Of a DNA stretch of 64,000 nt, positions 46,508 through 55,544 are shown piece after piece. The position numbers and the translations under genes were made by a program. Source of the DNA: Sphaerochaetaceae bacterium (GTDB taxonomy: Bacteria > Spirochaetota > Spirochaetia > Sphaerochaetales > Sphaerochaetaceae); NCBI GenBank assembly GCA_024405015.1, contig JAKSPE010000005.1, forward strand, positions 36,149-100,148, written 5' to 3'. The notes under the pieces are model-generated. The model saw nothing but the letters and a program-made list of their open reading frames with translations. It searched no databases and had not been told where the DNA came from. How positions within the stretch are numbered: position 1 is the first letter of the stretch; each line of letters begins with the position of its first letter.

Positions 46508-46560
46508 TTGACTAGAAACATTAAAAGATAGATACTAACTGTGTTTAGGTCTGACCTAAA
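46508..46560 (+). promoter_or_regulatory. candidate promoter plus 17-bp palindrome upstream of the six-module gene
   Basis: TTGACT at 46508-46513, a 17-nt spacer, GATACT at 46531-46536, then the perfect palindrome TTTAGGTC-T-GACCTAAA at 46544-46560. Confidence 0.35.
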
Positions 46561-46598
46561 TATCATTTTGGCTACTATTTTTTTAGGGAGATAAGAAA

Positions 46599-49550
46599 AT
46601 GAAGAAATTCATCGTTTTCGCTCTTGTCCTCGCTCTCGCAATGACATCCGTTTTCGCAATGGGTCTTGCTGAAGATATGAAGGCACAGGAAGCTGCAGCA
46701 GCTGCTGTCGTTGAGACTCCAGTTGTTGAAACAGTTGCTCCAGTTGTTGCTGGTCCTGCAACTTACACATTCGGAATGGGAATCACATTCGATGATGAAC
46801 AGTCCAACGACACAACAGCAGCTTACGATGCAGTTGTCGCAGCAGTCGTTCTCGACGCTGAGGGAAGAATCGTTGCAGTTCAGATCGATGACGCTCAGAA
46901 CAAGATGACAAAGGACGATGTCGACCCAGAGAAGACATTCAAGTCCAAGTATGAGCTCCAGTATGACTACAACATGGTCAAGTTCTCTGAGGCAACAAAC
47001 GAGTGGTTCGAGCAGGCAGCTGCATTCGAAGACTACTGCGCTGGCAAGACTGCTGCAGAGATTGCTGATCTCGCAACAAGAGTCAGAACAGAGGCTGAGC
47101 CACATCCAGGCTACGTCGTCACAGCTGACGAGGAGCTTTTCGCATCCTGCTCCATGTCCATCACAAGCTTCAAGGAAGCAGTCGTGAAGGCATGTGCAGA
47201 CACAAAGGCAAAGACATTCACAACAGATGCTCCATTCTGTGTCGGACTCAAGGTCAGCACAACAGCTGAGGAGTCAACAGATGAAGTCATCAAGATGTAC
47301 GCAAACTTCGGTGCAGTCGTCGTAGACGAGAACGGAGTCATCCTTGCTGCTCTCCTCGATGCAATCCAGCCACAGTTCAAGGTTGAGGATGATGCATTCA
47401 CATTCAAGGGCACAAAGAAGGAGCTCGAGTTCGGCTACAACATGGTCAAGTTCTCCGAGGCAACAAACGAGTGGTTCGAGCAGGCAGCAGCATTCGAGGA
47501 TTACTGTGCAGGTAAGACAGGTGCTGAGGTTGCAACACTCGCAACAAGAGTCAGAACAGCAGACGAGCCACATCCAGGCTACGTCGTCACAGCTGACGAG
47601 GAGCTTTTCGCTTCCTGTTCCATCCAGATTGTTGAGTTCAAGTCCGTCCTCGCACAGGCAGCCGGTGCTGAGCCAGTTGTTGAAGCAGTTGTTGAGGGAC
47701 CTGCAACATATACATTCGGAATGGGTATCACATTCAGCGATGAGCAGTCCAACGAGACAACAGCAGCATACGACGCAGTCACAGCAGCAGTCGTCCTCGA
47801 CGCTGAGGGAAGAATCGTTGCAGTTCAGATCGATGACGCTCAGAACAAGATGACAAAGGACGATGTCGACCCAGAGAAGACATTCAAGTCCAAGTATGAG
47901 CTCCAGTATGACTACAACATGGTCAAGTTCTCTGAGGCAACAAACGAGTGGTTCGAGCAGGCAGCTGCATTCGAAGACTACTGCGCTGGCAAGACTGCTG
48001 CAGAGATTGCTGATCTCGCAACAAGAGTCAGAACAGAGGCTGAGCCACATCCAGGCTACGTCGTCACAGCTGACGAGGAGCTTTTCGCATCCTGCTCCAT
48101 GTCCATCACAAGCTTCAAGGAAGCAGTCGTCAAGGCTTGCAACGATACAAAGGCAAAGACATTCACAACAGATGCACCATTCACAGTCGGACTCAAGATC
48201 AGCACAACAGCTGAGGAGTCAACAGACGAGGTCATCAAGATGTACGCCAACTTCGGTGCAGTCGTTGTAGACGAGAACGGCGTCATCCTTGCAGCACTTC
48301 TTGATGCCATCCAGCCACAGTACAAGGTCGAGGAAGAGGCATTCACATTCAAGGGAACAAAGAAGGAACTTGAGTTCGGTTACAACATGGTCAAGTTCTC
48401 CGAGGCTACAAACGAGTGGTTCGAGCAGGCAGCAGCATTCGAGGATTACTGTGTAGGTAAGACAGGTGCTGAGGTTGCAACACTCGCAACAAGAGTCAGA
48501 ACAGCTGACGAGCCACATCCAGGCTACGTCGTCACAGCTGATGAGGAGCTTTTCGCTTCCTGTTCCATCCAGATCGTTGAGTTCAAGTCTGTTCTCGCAC
48601 AGGCTGCTGGCGCTGAGGCTGTTGCTCCAGCTACATACACTCTCGGTATGGGAATCACATTCGATGATGAGCAGTCCAACGAGACAACAGCTGCTTACGA
48701 TGCAGTTGTCGCAACAGTCGTCCTCGATGCTGAGGGCAAGATCGTTGCAGTCCAGATCGATGACGCTCAGAACAAGATGACAAAGGACGATGTCGACCCA
48801 GAGAAGACATTCAAGTCCAAGTATGAGCTCCAGTATGACTACAACATGGTCAAGTTCTCTGAGGCAACAAACGAGTGGTTCGAGCAGGCAGCTGCATTCG
48901 AAGACTACTGCGCTGGCAAGACTGCTGCAGAGATTGCTGATCTCGCAACAAGAGTCAGAACAGAGGCTGAGCCACATCCAGGCTACGTCGTCACAGCTGA
49001 CGAGGAGCTTTTCGCATCCTGCTCCATGTCCATCACAAGCTTCAAGGAAGCAGTCGTCAAGGCTTGCAACGATACAAAGGCAAAGACATTCACAACAGAT
49101 GCTCCATTCTGCCTCGGTGTTGCAGTCAATACAAAGGCTGACGAGTCTACAGATGAAGTCATCAAGATGTATGCTGAGTTCGGTGCTGCAGTTGTTTCCG
49201 CTGATGGAACAGTTCTCGCTTGTCTGACAGATGCTATCCAGCCACAGTTCAAGGTTGAAGATGATGCATTCACATTCAAGGGCACAAAGAAGGAACTCGA
49301 GTTTGACTACAACATGGTCAAGTTCTCTGAGGCAACAAACGAGTGGTTCGAGCAGGCAGCTGCATTCGAAGACTACTGCGCTGGCAAGACTGCTGCAGAG
49401 ATTGCTGATCTCGCAACAAGAGTCAGAACAGAGGCTGAGCCACATCCAGGCTACGTCGTCACAGCTGATGAGGAGCTTTTCGCTTCATGCTCCATGCAGA
49501 TCACAGGCATGAAGGCTGTCATCTCCAAGGCTGCTAACAACGCCAACTAA
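46599..49550 (+). CDS. secreted six-module repeat protein (FMN_bind-like modules with A-S-C-S in place of S-G-A-T)
   Basis: GGGAG SD. Sec signal peptide (…MTSVFA/MG) with no lipobox. Six modules of 152-159 aa make up the rest of the protein. The gene ends 8 nt before apbE. Confidence 0.85.
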   Translation: MKKFIVFALVLALAMTSVFAMGLAEDMKAQEAAAAAVVETPVVETVAPVVAGPATYTFGMGITFDDEQSNDTTAAYDAVVAAVVLDAEGRIVAVQIDDAQNKMTKDDVDPEKTFKSKYELQYDYNMVKFSEATNEWFEQAAAFEDYCAGKTAAEIADLATRVRTEAEPHPGYVVTADEELFASCSMSITSFKEAVVKACADTKAKTFTTDAPFCVGLKVSTTAEESTDEVIKMYANFGAVVVDENGVILAALLDAIQPQFKVEDDAFTFKGTKKELEFGYNMVKFSEATNEWFEQAAAFEDYCAGKTGAEVATLATRVRTADEPHPGYVVTADEELFASCSIQIVEFKSVLAQAAGAEPVVEAVVEGPATYTFGMGITFSDEQSNETTAAYDAVTAAVVLDAEGRIVAVQIDDAQNKMTKDDVDPEKTFKSKYELQYDYNMVKFSEATNEWFEQAAAFEDYCAGKTAAEIADLATRVRTEAEPHPGYVVTADEELFASCSMSITSFKEAVVKACNDTKAKTFTTDAPFTVGLKISTTAEESTDEVIKMYANFGAVVVDENGVILAALLDAIQPQYKVEEEAFTFKGTKKELEFGYNMVKFSEATNEWFEQAAAFEDYCVGKTGAEVATLATRVRTADEPHPGYVVTADEELFASCSIQIVEFKSVLAQAAGAEAVAPATYTLGMGITFDDEQSNETTAAYDAVVATVVLDAEGKIVAVQIDDAQNKMTKDDVDPEKTFKSKYELQYDYNMVKFSEATNEWFEQAAAFEDYCAGKTAAEIADLATRVRTEAEPHPGYVVTADEELFASCSMSITSFKEAVVKACNDTKAKTFTTDAPFCLGVAVNTKADESTDEVIKMYAEFGAAVVSADGTVLACLTDAIQPQFKVEDDAFTFKGTKKELEFDYNMVKFSEATNEWFEQAAAFEDYCAGKTAAEIADLATRVRTEAEPHPGYVVTADEELFASCSMQITGMKAVISKAANNAN
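46752..49547 (+). repeat. in-frame tandem repeat: three super-units of about 930-945 bp, each with an A and a B half (6 modules)
   Basis: Module boundaries are A1 46752-47219, B1 47220-47696, A2 47697-48164, B2 48165-48623, A3 48624-49091 and B3 49092-49547. Blocks of more than 250 nt (for example from 46918, 47863 and 48790) are essentially identical at the nucleotide level. Confidence 0.9.
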
Positions 49551-49558
49551 TTGATGAT

Positions 49559-50746
49559 ATGCAAAGAAAGACAATAGTGTCGGGCATCGCCATTGTGGTG
49601 ATGCTCGGCATCCTTTCTATTACAGGTTGCACAAAGGCTGCCTCTGAAAAACCTTCAGAGGCAGTTTCTGCGTCTAAAGAACAGATTGTCGTGGCCGTTT
49701 CCGAGCCTGTGACATCTGCGGAAAAGACACAGCCTGTTGTGGAGAAGGAACCTGAAAAGCCTGTAAAGGAGACTGCCCCAGTGCAGAACCCAAAGGGCCG
49801 AGGTAAGGTCTATTACAATCTCTTTGATACTGTTTCCTATGTCTACAGCTATGCCGGAGACAGCGACGACAGATTCCTCGGAATCTGCGACCAGGTCTAC
49901 GACATTCTGAACGACTATCACATGATGTTTGACATCTACTATGAGTATTCTGGCGTCAACAATCTCAAAACCATCAACCTCAACGCTGGTGGAGAACCGA
50001 TTGCTGTGGACGCAAGGCTCATAAAGTTCCTTCAGTATGCAAAGGAACTTTATGAACTGACAGGCGGCGAGATGGACGTCATGATGGGTTCTGTTCTCTC
50101 TATCTGGCACGAGGCTCGAAACGCATCTGTCCCATATGTACCTTCCACGGAGAAACTGGAAGAGGCAAACAGATTCGTTGGATTCGACTACCTCGAGATA
50201 GATGAAGAGAATGGAACTGTAAGAATTACAGATTCCAGAGCATCACTTGATGTTGGTGCACTCGGAAAGGGCTATGCGACGGAGATGGCTGCAAGGTACC
50301 TTGAGAAAATCGGTGCTGAGCACTATGTCCTGAACATAGGAGGCAACATCCGCATCGTCGGCACAAAGGTCGATGGAAGTGGATGGGTGACAGGAATCCG
50401 AAATCCGAAGGACCCTGATAACTCATTCTCACTGAAGGTCAATATCAGTGATTGTGCATGTGTCACAAGTGGTAGCTATGAGCGATATTTCACCGTCAAT
50501 GGCGTGAAGTACCCTCATATTATCGATAAGGATACCCTGCAGCCTGCCCGTTATTATGAATCACTGACCGTCATCACAAAGGACAGCGGTCTTGCGGATG
50601 CCTTGTCTACCGCACTGTACTGCATGCCTTATGAGGATGGCCTGAAGCTTGTGGAAAGTCTGAAAGACGTGGGGTGCGTCTGGATCTTCTCAAACGGAAG
50701 TATCCGATATACTCCAAATCTGAAAGACGTCGTCATTAATGTCTGA
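49559..50746 (+). CDS. apbE: FAD:protein FMN transferase (ApbE/Ftp) lipoprotein
   Basis: Lipobox LSITGC, a long Pro/Glu/Lys linker, then the ApbE motifs DVGALGKGYA, TSGSYERYF, HIIDK.T and ADALSTAL. Confidence 0.9.
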   Translation: MQRKTIVSGIAIVVMLGILSITGCTKAASEKPSEAVSASKEQIVVAVSEPVTSAEKTQPVVEKEPEKPVKETAPVQNPKGRGKVYYNLFDTVSYVYSYAGDSDDRFLGICDQVYDILNDYHMMFDIYYEYSGVNNLKTINLNAGGEPIAVDARLIKFLQYAKELYELTGGEMDVMMGSVLSIWHEARNASVPYVPSTEKLEEANRFVGFDYLEIDEENGTVRITDSRASLDVGALGKGYATEMAARYLEKIGAEHYVLNIGGNIRIVGTKVDGSGWVTGIRNPKDPDNSFSLKVNISDCACVTSGSYERYFTVNGVKYPHIIDKDTLQPARYYESLTVITKDSGLADALSTALYCMPYEDGLKLVESLKDVGCVWIFSNGSIRYTPNLKDVVINV

Positions 50747-50783
50747 TCATTAAAAAGGAAAACAATATAAGGAGGCATGTTAA

Positions 50784-52076
50784 GTGCTTTTCAGTAAGAA
50801 GATTTCAGCAGTACATGTACCGCATTGCAAGTCCACACAGGACAAGCATTCCGTACGCATTGCACCACCTGAGTCTGTAACAATTCCTATGTCAATGCAC
50901 TCTGGTGCACCAGCAGTTCCAGTTGTAGCTGTCGGTGACCACGTTTACATTGGCCAGCTGATCGCAAAAGAGGGAGAGGGCAGAGTCTCTTCTCCAATCC
51001 ATGCATCAATCTCCGGAACTGTTTCAGCTGTTGGTGAGAAGTCCATCTCCATCAAGTCTGATGGAAAGATGGAGATCGATCCTCAGATGAAGGCTCCAAA
51101 GCTCGAGACTTTGGATGACTTCCTGGATGGTTGCCGCAAGAGCGGTATCGTCGGTCTCGGTGGAGCAGCATATCCTCTTCACGGTAAGTGGGAAGCTGTC
51201 AGAAAGAACAAGATTGAGACTGTTCTCATCAACGGTGCTGAGTGTGAGCCATATTGTACAGCTGACAACAGAACCATGGTTGAGGACTATGATCATATCA
51301 AGCAGGGTATCGAGATTCTCAAGAGATTCGTAGGTGCAAAGGAGTATGTCATCGGTATCGAGGCAAACAAGCCAGAAGCCATCAAGCTCCTTACAGACCT
51401 CTTCAAGGATGACAGCTCTGTCATCGTCAAGTCCCTTGAGTCCGTCTACCCACAGGGTGCAAAGCAGGTTCTTCTTTGGAACGCAACCGGAAAGGTTGTC
51501 GCTGCTGGTCAGAGACTTGCATCCCTCGGTGTCATCATCACAAACGTCACAACACTCGCAAAGATGGCTCTCTACTTCGAAACCGGTATGCCACTTGTTG
51601 ACAAGTGTGTTTCTGTTGACGGTTCTGCCATCAAGGAGCCAAAGAACATCATCGCTCCAATCGGAACCAGCTACGGTTACTGCATTGAGCAGTGTGGTGG
51701 TTTCAGCTGTGAGCCTGGTCGTGTCATTGAGGGTGGTCCTATGATGGGTCGCACAATCGCATCTCTCGATGAGCCTGTCATCAAGGCTACCAACGGTCTT
51801 GTTGCCATGAGTCAGGCCGATTCCGTCATCCTTGAGCCAACTGCATGTCTGCATTGCGGAAAGTGCGTTGAGGCATGTCCACTGGATCTCAACCCAGTTG
51901 CATACTCCGATGCTCTTGATATCGATGATGAGGACAAGAGAGAGCTGATTCTCAAGAAGGAAGATGTCCCACAGTGCATGGAGTGCGGATGCTGCGCATA
52001 CGTATGTCCAGCTCACAGACCTCTCGTCGCAAACAACAGGGCTGCTAAGAAGTTCCTGAGAGGAAGGAGAAAGTAA
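50784..52076 (+). CDS. rnfC: Rnf complex subunit C
   Basis: AAGGAGG lies 8 nt upstream of GTG 50784. GLGGA..P, NGAECEPY and two 4Fe-4S motifs (CLHCGKCVEACP, CMECGCCAYVCP). Confidence 0.9.
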   Translation: MLFSKKISAVHVPHCKSTQDKHSVRIAPPESVTIPMSMHSGAPAVPVVAVGDHVYIGQLIAKEGEGRVSSPIHASISGTVSAVGEKSISIKSDGKMEIDPQMKAPKLETLDDFLDGCRKSGIVGLGGAAYPLHGKWEAVRKNKIETVLINGAECEPYCTADNRTMVEDYDHIKQGIEILKRFVGAKEYVIGIEANKPEAIKLLTDLFKDDSSVIVKSLESVYPQGAKQVLLWNATGKVVAAGQRLASLGVIITNVTTLAKMALYFETGMPLVDKCVSVDGSAIKEPKNIIAPIGTSYGYCIEQCGGFSCEPGRVIEGGPMMGRTIASLDEPVIKATNGLVAMSQADSVILEPTACLHCGKCVEACPLDLNPVAYSDALDIDDEDKRELILKKEDVPQCMECGCCAYVCPAHRPLVANNRAAKKFLRGRRK

Positions 52077-53017
52077 TGGCAAACAACTATAATCTCATTA
52101 CAGTATCATCACCTCATTTCCACAACGGTTCATCCGGAAGAAGAATCATGCTCGATGTCATCATCGCTCTGATTCCTGCTGCAATCGCTGCTGTGGTGAT
52201 CTTTGGTATGAAGTCCCTTGCTCTGATGGCAACCTGTATCATTGCTGCAATCGCCGCAGAGTCCCTGTTTGACGTCATCGTCAAGAAAAAGAATACCGTT
52301 GGTGACCTTTCAGCTATCGTTACAGGTCTTCTTCTTGCACTGAACCTCGGTACAGAAGTCGCCCTCTGGGAAGCTGCAGTCGGTAGCGTATTCGCAATCG
52401 TATTCGTCAAGTGCATCTTCGGTGGCCTTGGAAAGAACTTCGCAAACCCAGCAATCACAGGTCGTGTCTTCATGATCATCGCCTTCGGTTCCGTCACATC
52501 ATTCGTCAATCCGAAGTGTGTAGAGCTCGTCTCATCTGCTACACCTCTTGCAAACCTTGCACAGGGTGCAATGGATCAGCTCCCAACTGTTGGACAGATG
52601 CTTCTGGGTCTCCATGGTGGTACAATCGGTGAGACATGTATCATCGCTCTTGTCCTCGGATGGGTCTATCTCTCAGTCAGAAAGGTCATCAAGTGGTACG
52701 TCCCAGCTGCATTCATCGCAACAGTCTTTGTTCTGTTCCTGGTCTTCACTGGATCTCCAGTGGTCGCATTCTATGAGATTCTCTCCGGTGGTCTTTTCCT
52801 CGGTGCAATCTTCATGGCAACCGACTACGTCTCAACTCCTATCACAGTCAAGGGTAAGGTCGTCTTCTGCATCTGCTGTGGTATCATCACATTCATCATT
52901 CGTAAGTTCTGTGCTCTTCCAGAAGGTGTCTCATTTTCCATCCTGATCATGAACATCCTCACTCCATGGGTAGAGAAGCTTACTCACAATGTTCCACTTG
53001 ACAGGAGGGGAAAGTAA
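52076..53017 (+). CDS. rnfD: Rnf complex subunit D
   Basis: Polytopic NqrB/RnfD family protein. The SSATPL segment corresponds to the known (S/G)GAT flavinylation site. Confidence 0.9.
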   Translation: MANNYNLITVSSPHFHNGSSGRRIMLDVIIALIPAAIAAVVIFGMKSLALMATCIIAAIAAESLFDVIVKKKNTVGDLSAIVTGLLLALNLGTEVALWEAAVGSVFAIVFVKCIFGGLGKNFANPAITGRVFMIIAFGSVTSFVNPKCVELVSSATPLANLAQGAMDQLPTVGQMLLGLHGGTIGETCIIALVLGWVYLSVRKVIKWYVPAAFIATVFVLFLVFTGSPVVAFYEILSGGLFLGAIFMATDYVSTPITVKGKVVFCICCGIITFIIRKFCALPEGVSFSILIMNILTPWVEKLTHNVPLDRRGK

Positions 53018-54966
53018 TGGCAACCAAGAAAGCTACACAGTTAATTCTCCTCATTGCAACAGTCATCGTCTTCGCAGGCATCCTTGTTGCACTGAACACA
53101 GTAACCGGCCCAAAGATCCTCGCAAACCAGAACAGTGCCGTATTCGAGCCACTGTTCGCGGTCATGCCTGAGGCAAAGGGATTCACAGCTCTTGATCTTG
53201 CTGCAGCTGATACAGTCAAGGCTGCATGGAAGGAGACAAGCGGCAAGGGTTACGTCATCCAGCTCGCTACCAACAAGGGTTACACACACGAGGATATCGA
53301 TATCACAGTTGCTATCGCAGCTGACGGAAAGATCTCTGCTGTAAACCTTGAGTCCTATCCAGAGACAAAGGACTTCGGTAAGGAAACCTACCCAGCAACC
53401 TACATCGGACAGGATTCCACTCTTGCAAATGTCCAGCTCGTAGCTGGTGTCACATTCTCCTCCAAGGCATTCAAGGGTGCCATCGAGGATGCATTTGCAC
53501 TTCTCATTGACAACGGCCTTATCGGTGCTGGTGTCAAGGAGGCAAGCCAGGTCATTACAGAGATGATTCCAGTCGTGAACGCAGACATGTGTTCCGAGAC
53601 AGGCATGCTCCAGGCTAAGGAAGTTGAGGTCAAGGGTGCCAAGAAGGCTTGGGCTTCCGACAGCGGAAAGTCTGTTGCATTCTGGCTCGAGAACGGTGGT
53701 GACTTCCTTGCAATCGTTGACAACACTGGAAAGGTCACAGCATATGACCTCGATGGTAATGACGTCACATTCGCAAAGAACCCAGTCGTCACACTTGCTG
53801 AAGCAGCTTATGACGAGTACCAGAGCGTCCTCAATGCCAAGGATATTGAAGAGATCATGTCTCTCATCCCTGGTGCTGTCGGATTCAGAAAGCTCGCCGT
53901 TGAGGCTCCAGACACCGTCAAGAGCGTTTGGGCAGAGACAAGCGGTCTCGGTTATGTCGTCAGAAGCGCAACAAACAAGGGCTTCACACACGAGTACATC
54001 AACCTCTCTGTTGCATTCACAGCAGATGGTAAGATCTCCAACGTCGTTCTCGAGTCCTACCCAGAGACAAGAGACTTCGGTGCTGATTATCCAGCAACTT
54101 ACATCGGTCAGGATTCCACACTCTCTGGTGTCCAGATCATCGCTGGTGTCACATACTCATCCACAGCATTCAAGGGTGCAGTCAATGATGCATTCACAGT
54201 TCTCACCTCAAACGGTCTCGTTGTTGAGGCAGTCAAGGAGCCAAGCCAGGTCATCGATGAGATGATTCCAGAGAAGGCTACTGCACTGATCAACCCACAG
54301 GGCATCTTCCAGGGTGAAGAGATTGAGGTTAAGGCTGACGGCGTCGTCAAGGCTTGGAGAAACCCAGCCAAGAGCGTTGCCGCTTACTGGATGAACAATG
54401 CTGACGGTGACTTCCTTGTTCTTGCAAACGCATATGGCTGTGCAACCGTCTATGACCTTAAGGGTAACGATGTCACAGGCTCTCAGAAGGCTCTTTCTGA
54501 TGCAGCTCTTGCTAACAGCACATCTGTTCTTGCCAAGGCAACATCCAAGGAGATTGCAAAGGTCACAAAGCTTCTCCCAGCAGGTTCTACTGCTGTTGAG
54601 GTCGCTTGCGACATCTACACATCTGTTGCTGACATCGTCAAGGCCGAGACAGCGGACGGCGTCTACTATGGTTTCCTCTGCCACACTTATGGCTTCGGTA
54701 ACCACGAGATGACCTACTACGTTGCAATCGATCCAAACGGAAAGATCTCTGGTCTTAACACAAGTACACTCATCATCGAAGCTGAGTATTACCCACAGGC
54801 ATCCGTCAAGAAGGCTGACTATGTCGCAGCCCTTACAGGTGTCACAGCAGACTGGACAGGAGAGGAGGCACTGATTGCCAATGCAACTCTCACAACACAG
54901 TCCACACAGACTGCTCTCAACGAGGCATTCGCAGCCTTCGAGCTTCTCACAGGAGGTGCAAACTAA
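53017..54966 (+). CDS. rnfG: Rnf complex subunit G, expanded (649 aa, three FMN_bind-like domains)
   Basis: N-terminal TM helix and the usual position between rnfD and rnfE. The FMN_bind-like C-terminal segments are VAGVTFSSKAFKGAIEDAF (Thr146), IAGVTYSSTAFKGAVNDAF (Thr379) and IANATLTTQSTQTALNEAF (Thr624). Confidence 0.8.
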   Translation: MATKKATQLILLIATVIVFAGILVALNTVTGPKILANQNSAVFEPLFAVMPEAKGFTALDLAAADTVKAAWKETSGKGYVIQLATNKGYTHEDIDITVAIAADGKISAVNLESYPETKDFGKETYPATYIGQDSTLANVQLVAGVTFSSKAFKGAIEDAFALLIDNGLIGAGVKEASQVITEMIPVVNADMCSETGMLQAKEVEVKGAKKAWASDSGKSVAFWLENGGDFLAIVDNTGKVTAYDLDGNDVTFAKNPVVTLAEAAYDEYQSVLNAKDIEEIMSLIPGAVGFRKLAVEAPDTVKSVWAETSGLGYVVRSATNKGFTHEYINLSVAFTADGKISNVVLESYPETRDFGADYPATYIGQDSTLSGVQIIAGVTYSSTAFKGAVNDAFTVLTSNGLVVEAVKEPSQVIDEMIPEKATALINPQGIFQGEEIEVKADGVVKAWRNPAKSVAAYWMNNADGDFLVLANAYGCATVYDLKGNDVTGSQKALSDAALANSTSVLAKATSKEIAKVTKLLPAGSTAVEVACDIYTSVADIVKAETADGVYYGFLCHTYGFGNHEMTYYVAIDPNGKISGLNTSTLIIEAEYYPQASVKKADYVAALTGVTADWTGEEALIANATLTTQSTQTALNEAFAAFELLTGGAN

Positions 54967-55544
54967 TGATGGAAAAGGATATTATCAGCAAGAATCCTGT
55001 AATGGTTCTTTTTCTTGGAGCCTGTCCTGCTCTGGCTGCAACAACCACAGCAACAGCTTCCGTTGGAATGGCAGTTTCCGTTTGTCTGATTCTGGTTCTC
55101 TCATCAGTTCTCATGTCCCTCATGAGAAAGGGTGTTGGTGATGCCATCAGACTTCCTCTTGCAATCGTCATCAGCGCAGGATTTGCTTCCATCGCACAGA
55201 TGGTCATGGCAGCTTACCTTCCTAAGGTCTATGCAATGCTTGGTGTTTATCTTGCAATCGTTGCAGTTAACGCAATGGTCGTGACACACCAGCAGAACAC
55301 AGCTTCCCAGGAAGGCTTCGGAGCTTCTCTGAAGCAGGCTGTCATCACAGGAATCGAGTTCTGCGCTCTCGTGATTGTCATGGGAATCGTCAGAGAGATT
55401 CTCGGCAACGGAACATGTTTCGGTGCAAAGGTCCCATTCTTCGCAAACCACACAATCGCAGTTTTCGGTAAGGCAGGCGGTGCATTCATCGTATTCGCAA
55501 TTCTCCTTGCAGTTGCCGGATGCTTCAGAAAGGAGGCAAAGTGA
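54966..55544 (+). CDS. rnfE: Rnf complex subunit E
   Basis: NPV.V..LG.CPALA.TT is the RnfE/NqrD signature. 192 aa. Confidence 0.9.
   Translation: MMEKDIISKNPVMVLFLGACPALAATTTATASVGMAVSVCLILVLSSVLMSLMRKGVGDAIRLPLAIVISAGFASIAQMVMAAYLPKVYAMLGVYLAIVAVNAMVVTHQQNTASQEGFGASLKQAVITGIEFCALVIVMGIVREILGNGTCFGAKVPFFANHTIAVFGKAGGAFIVFAILLAVAGCFRKEAK

Noticed and set aside
46575-49445. Long Cys-rich minus-strand ORFs (46575-47105, 47274-48050, 48219-49445) and several plus-strand off-frame ORFs inside the six-module gene
   Set aside because: They are mirror images of the repeat, since the same peptide recurs with the repeat period. They lack start contexts, and they overlap a plus-strand frame that has a signal peptide, an SD and coherent domain-like sequence.
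51024-53991. Long minus-strand ORFs antisense to rnfC (51024-52082) and rnfG (53041-53991)
   Set aside because: The sense strand carries clear Rnf signatures. The antisense ORFs are typical of biased codon usage, being Cys/Leu/Asp-rich.
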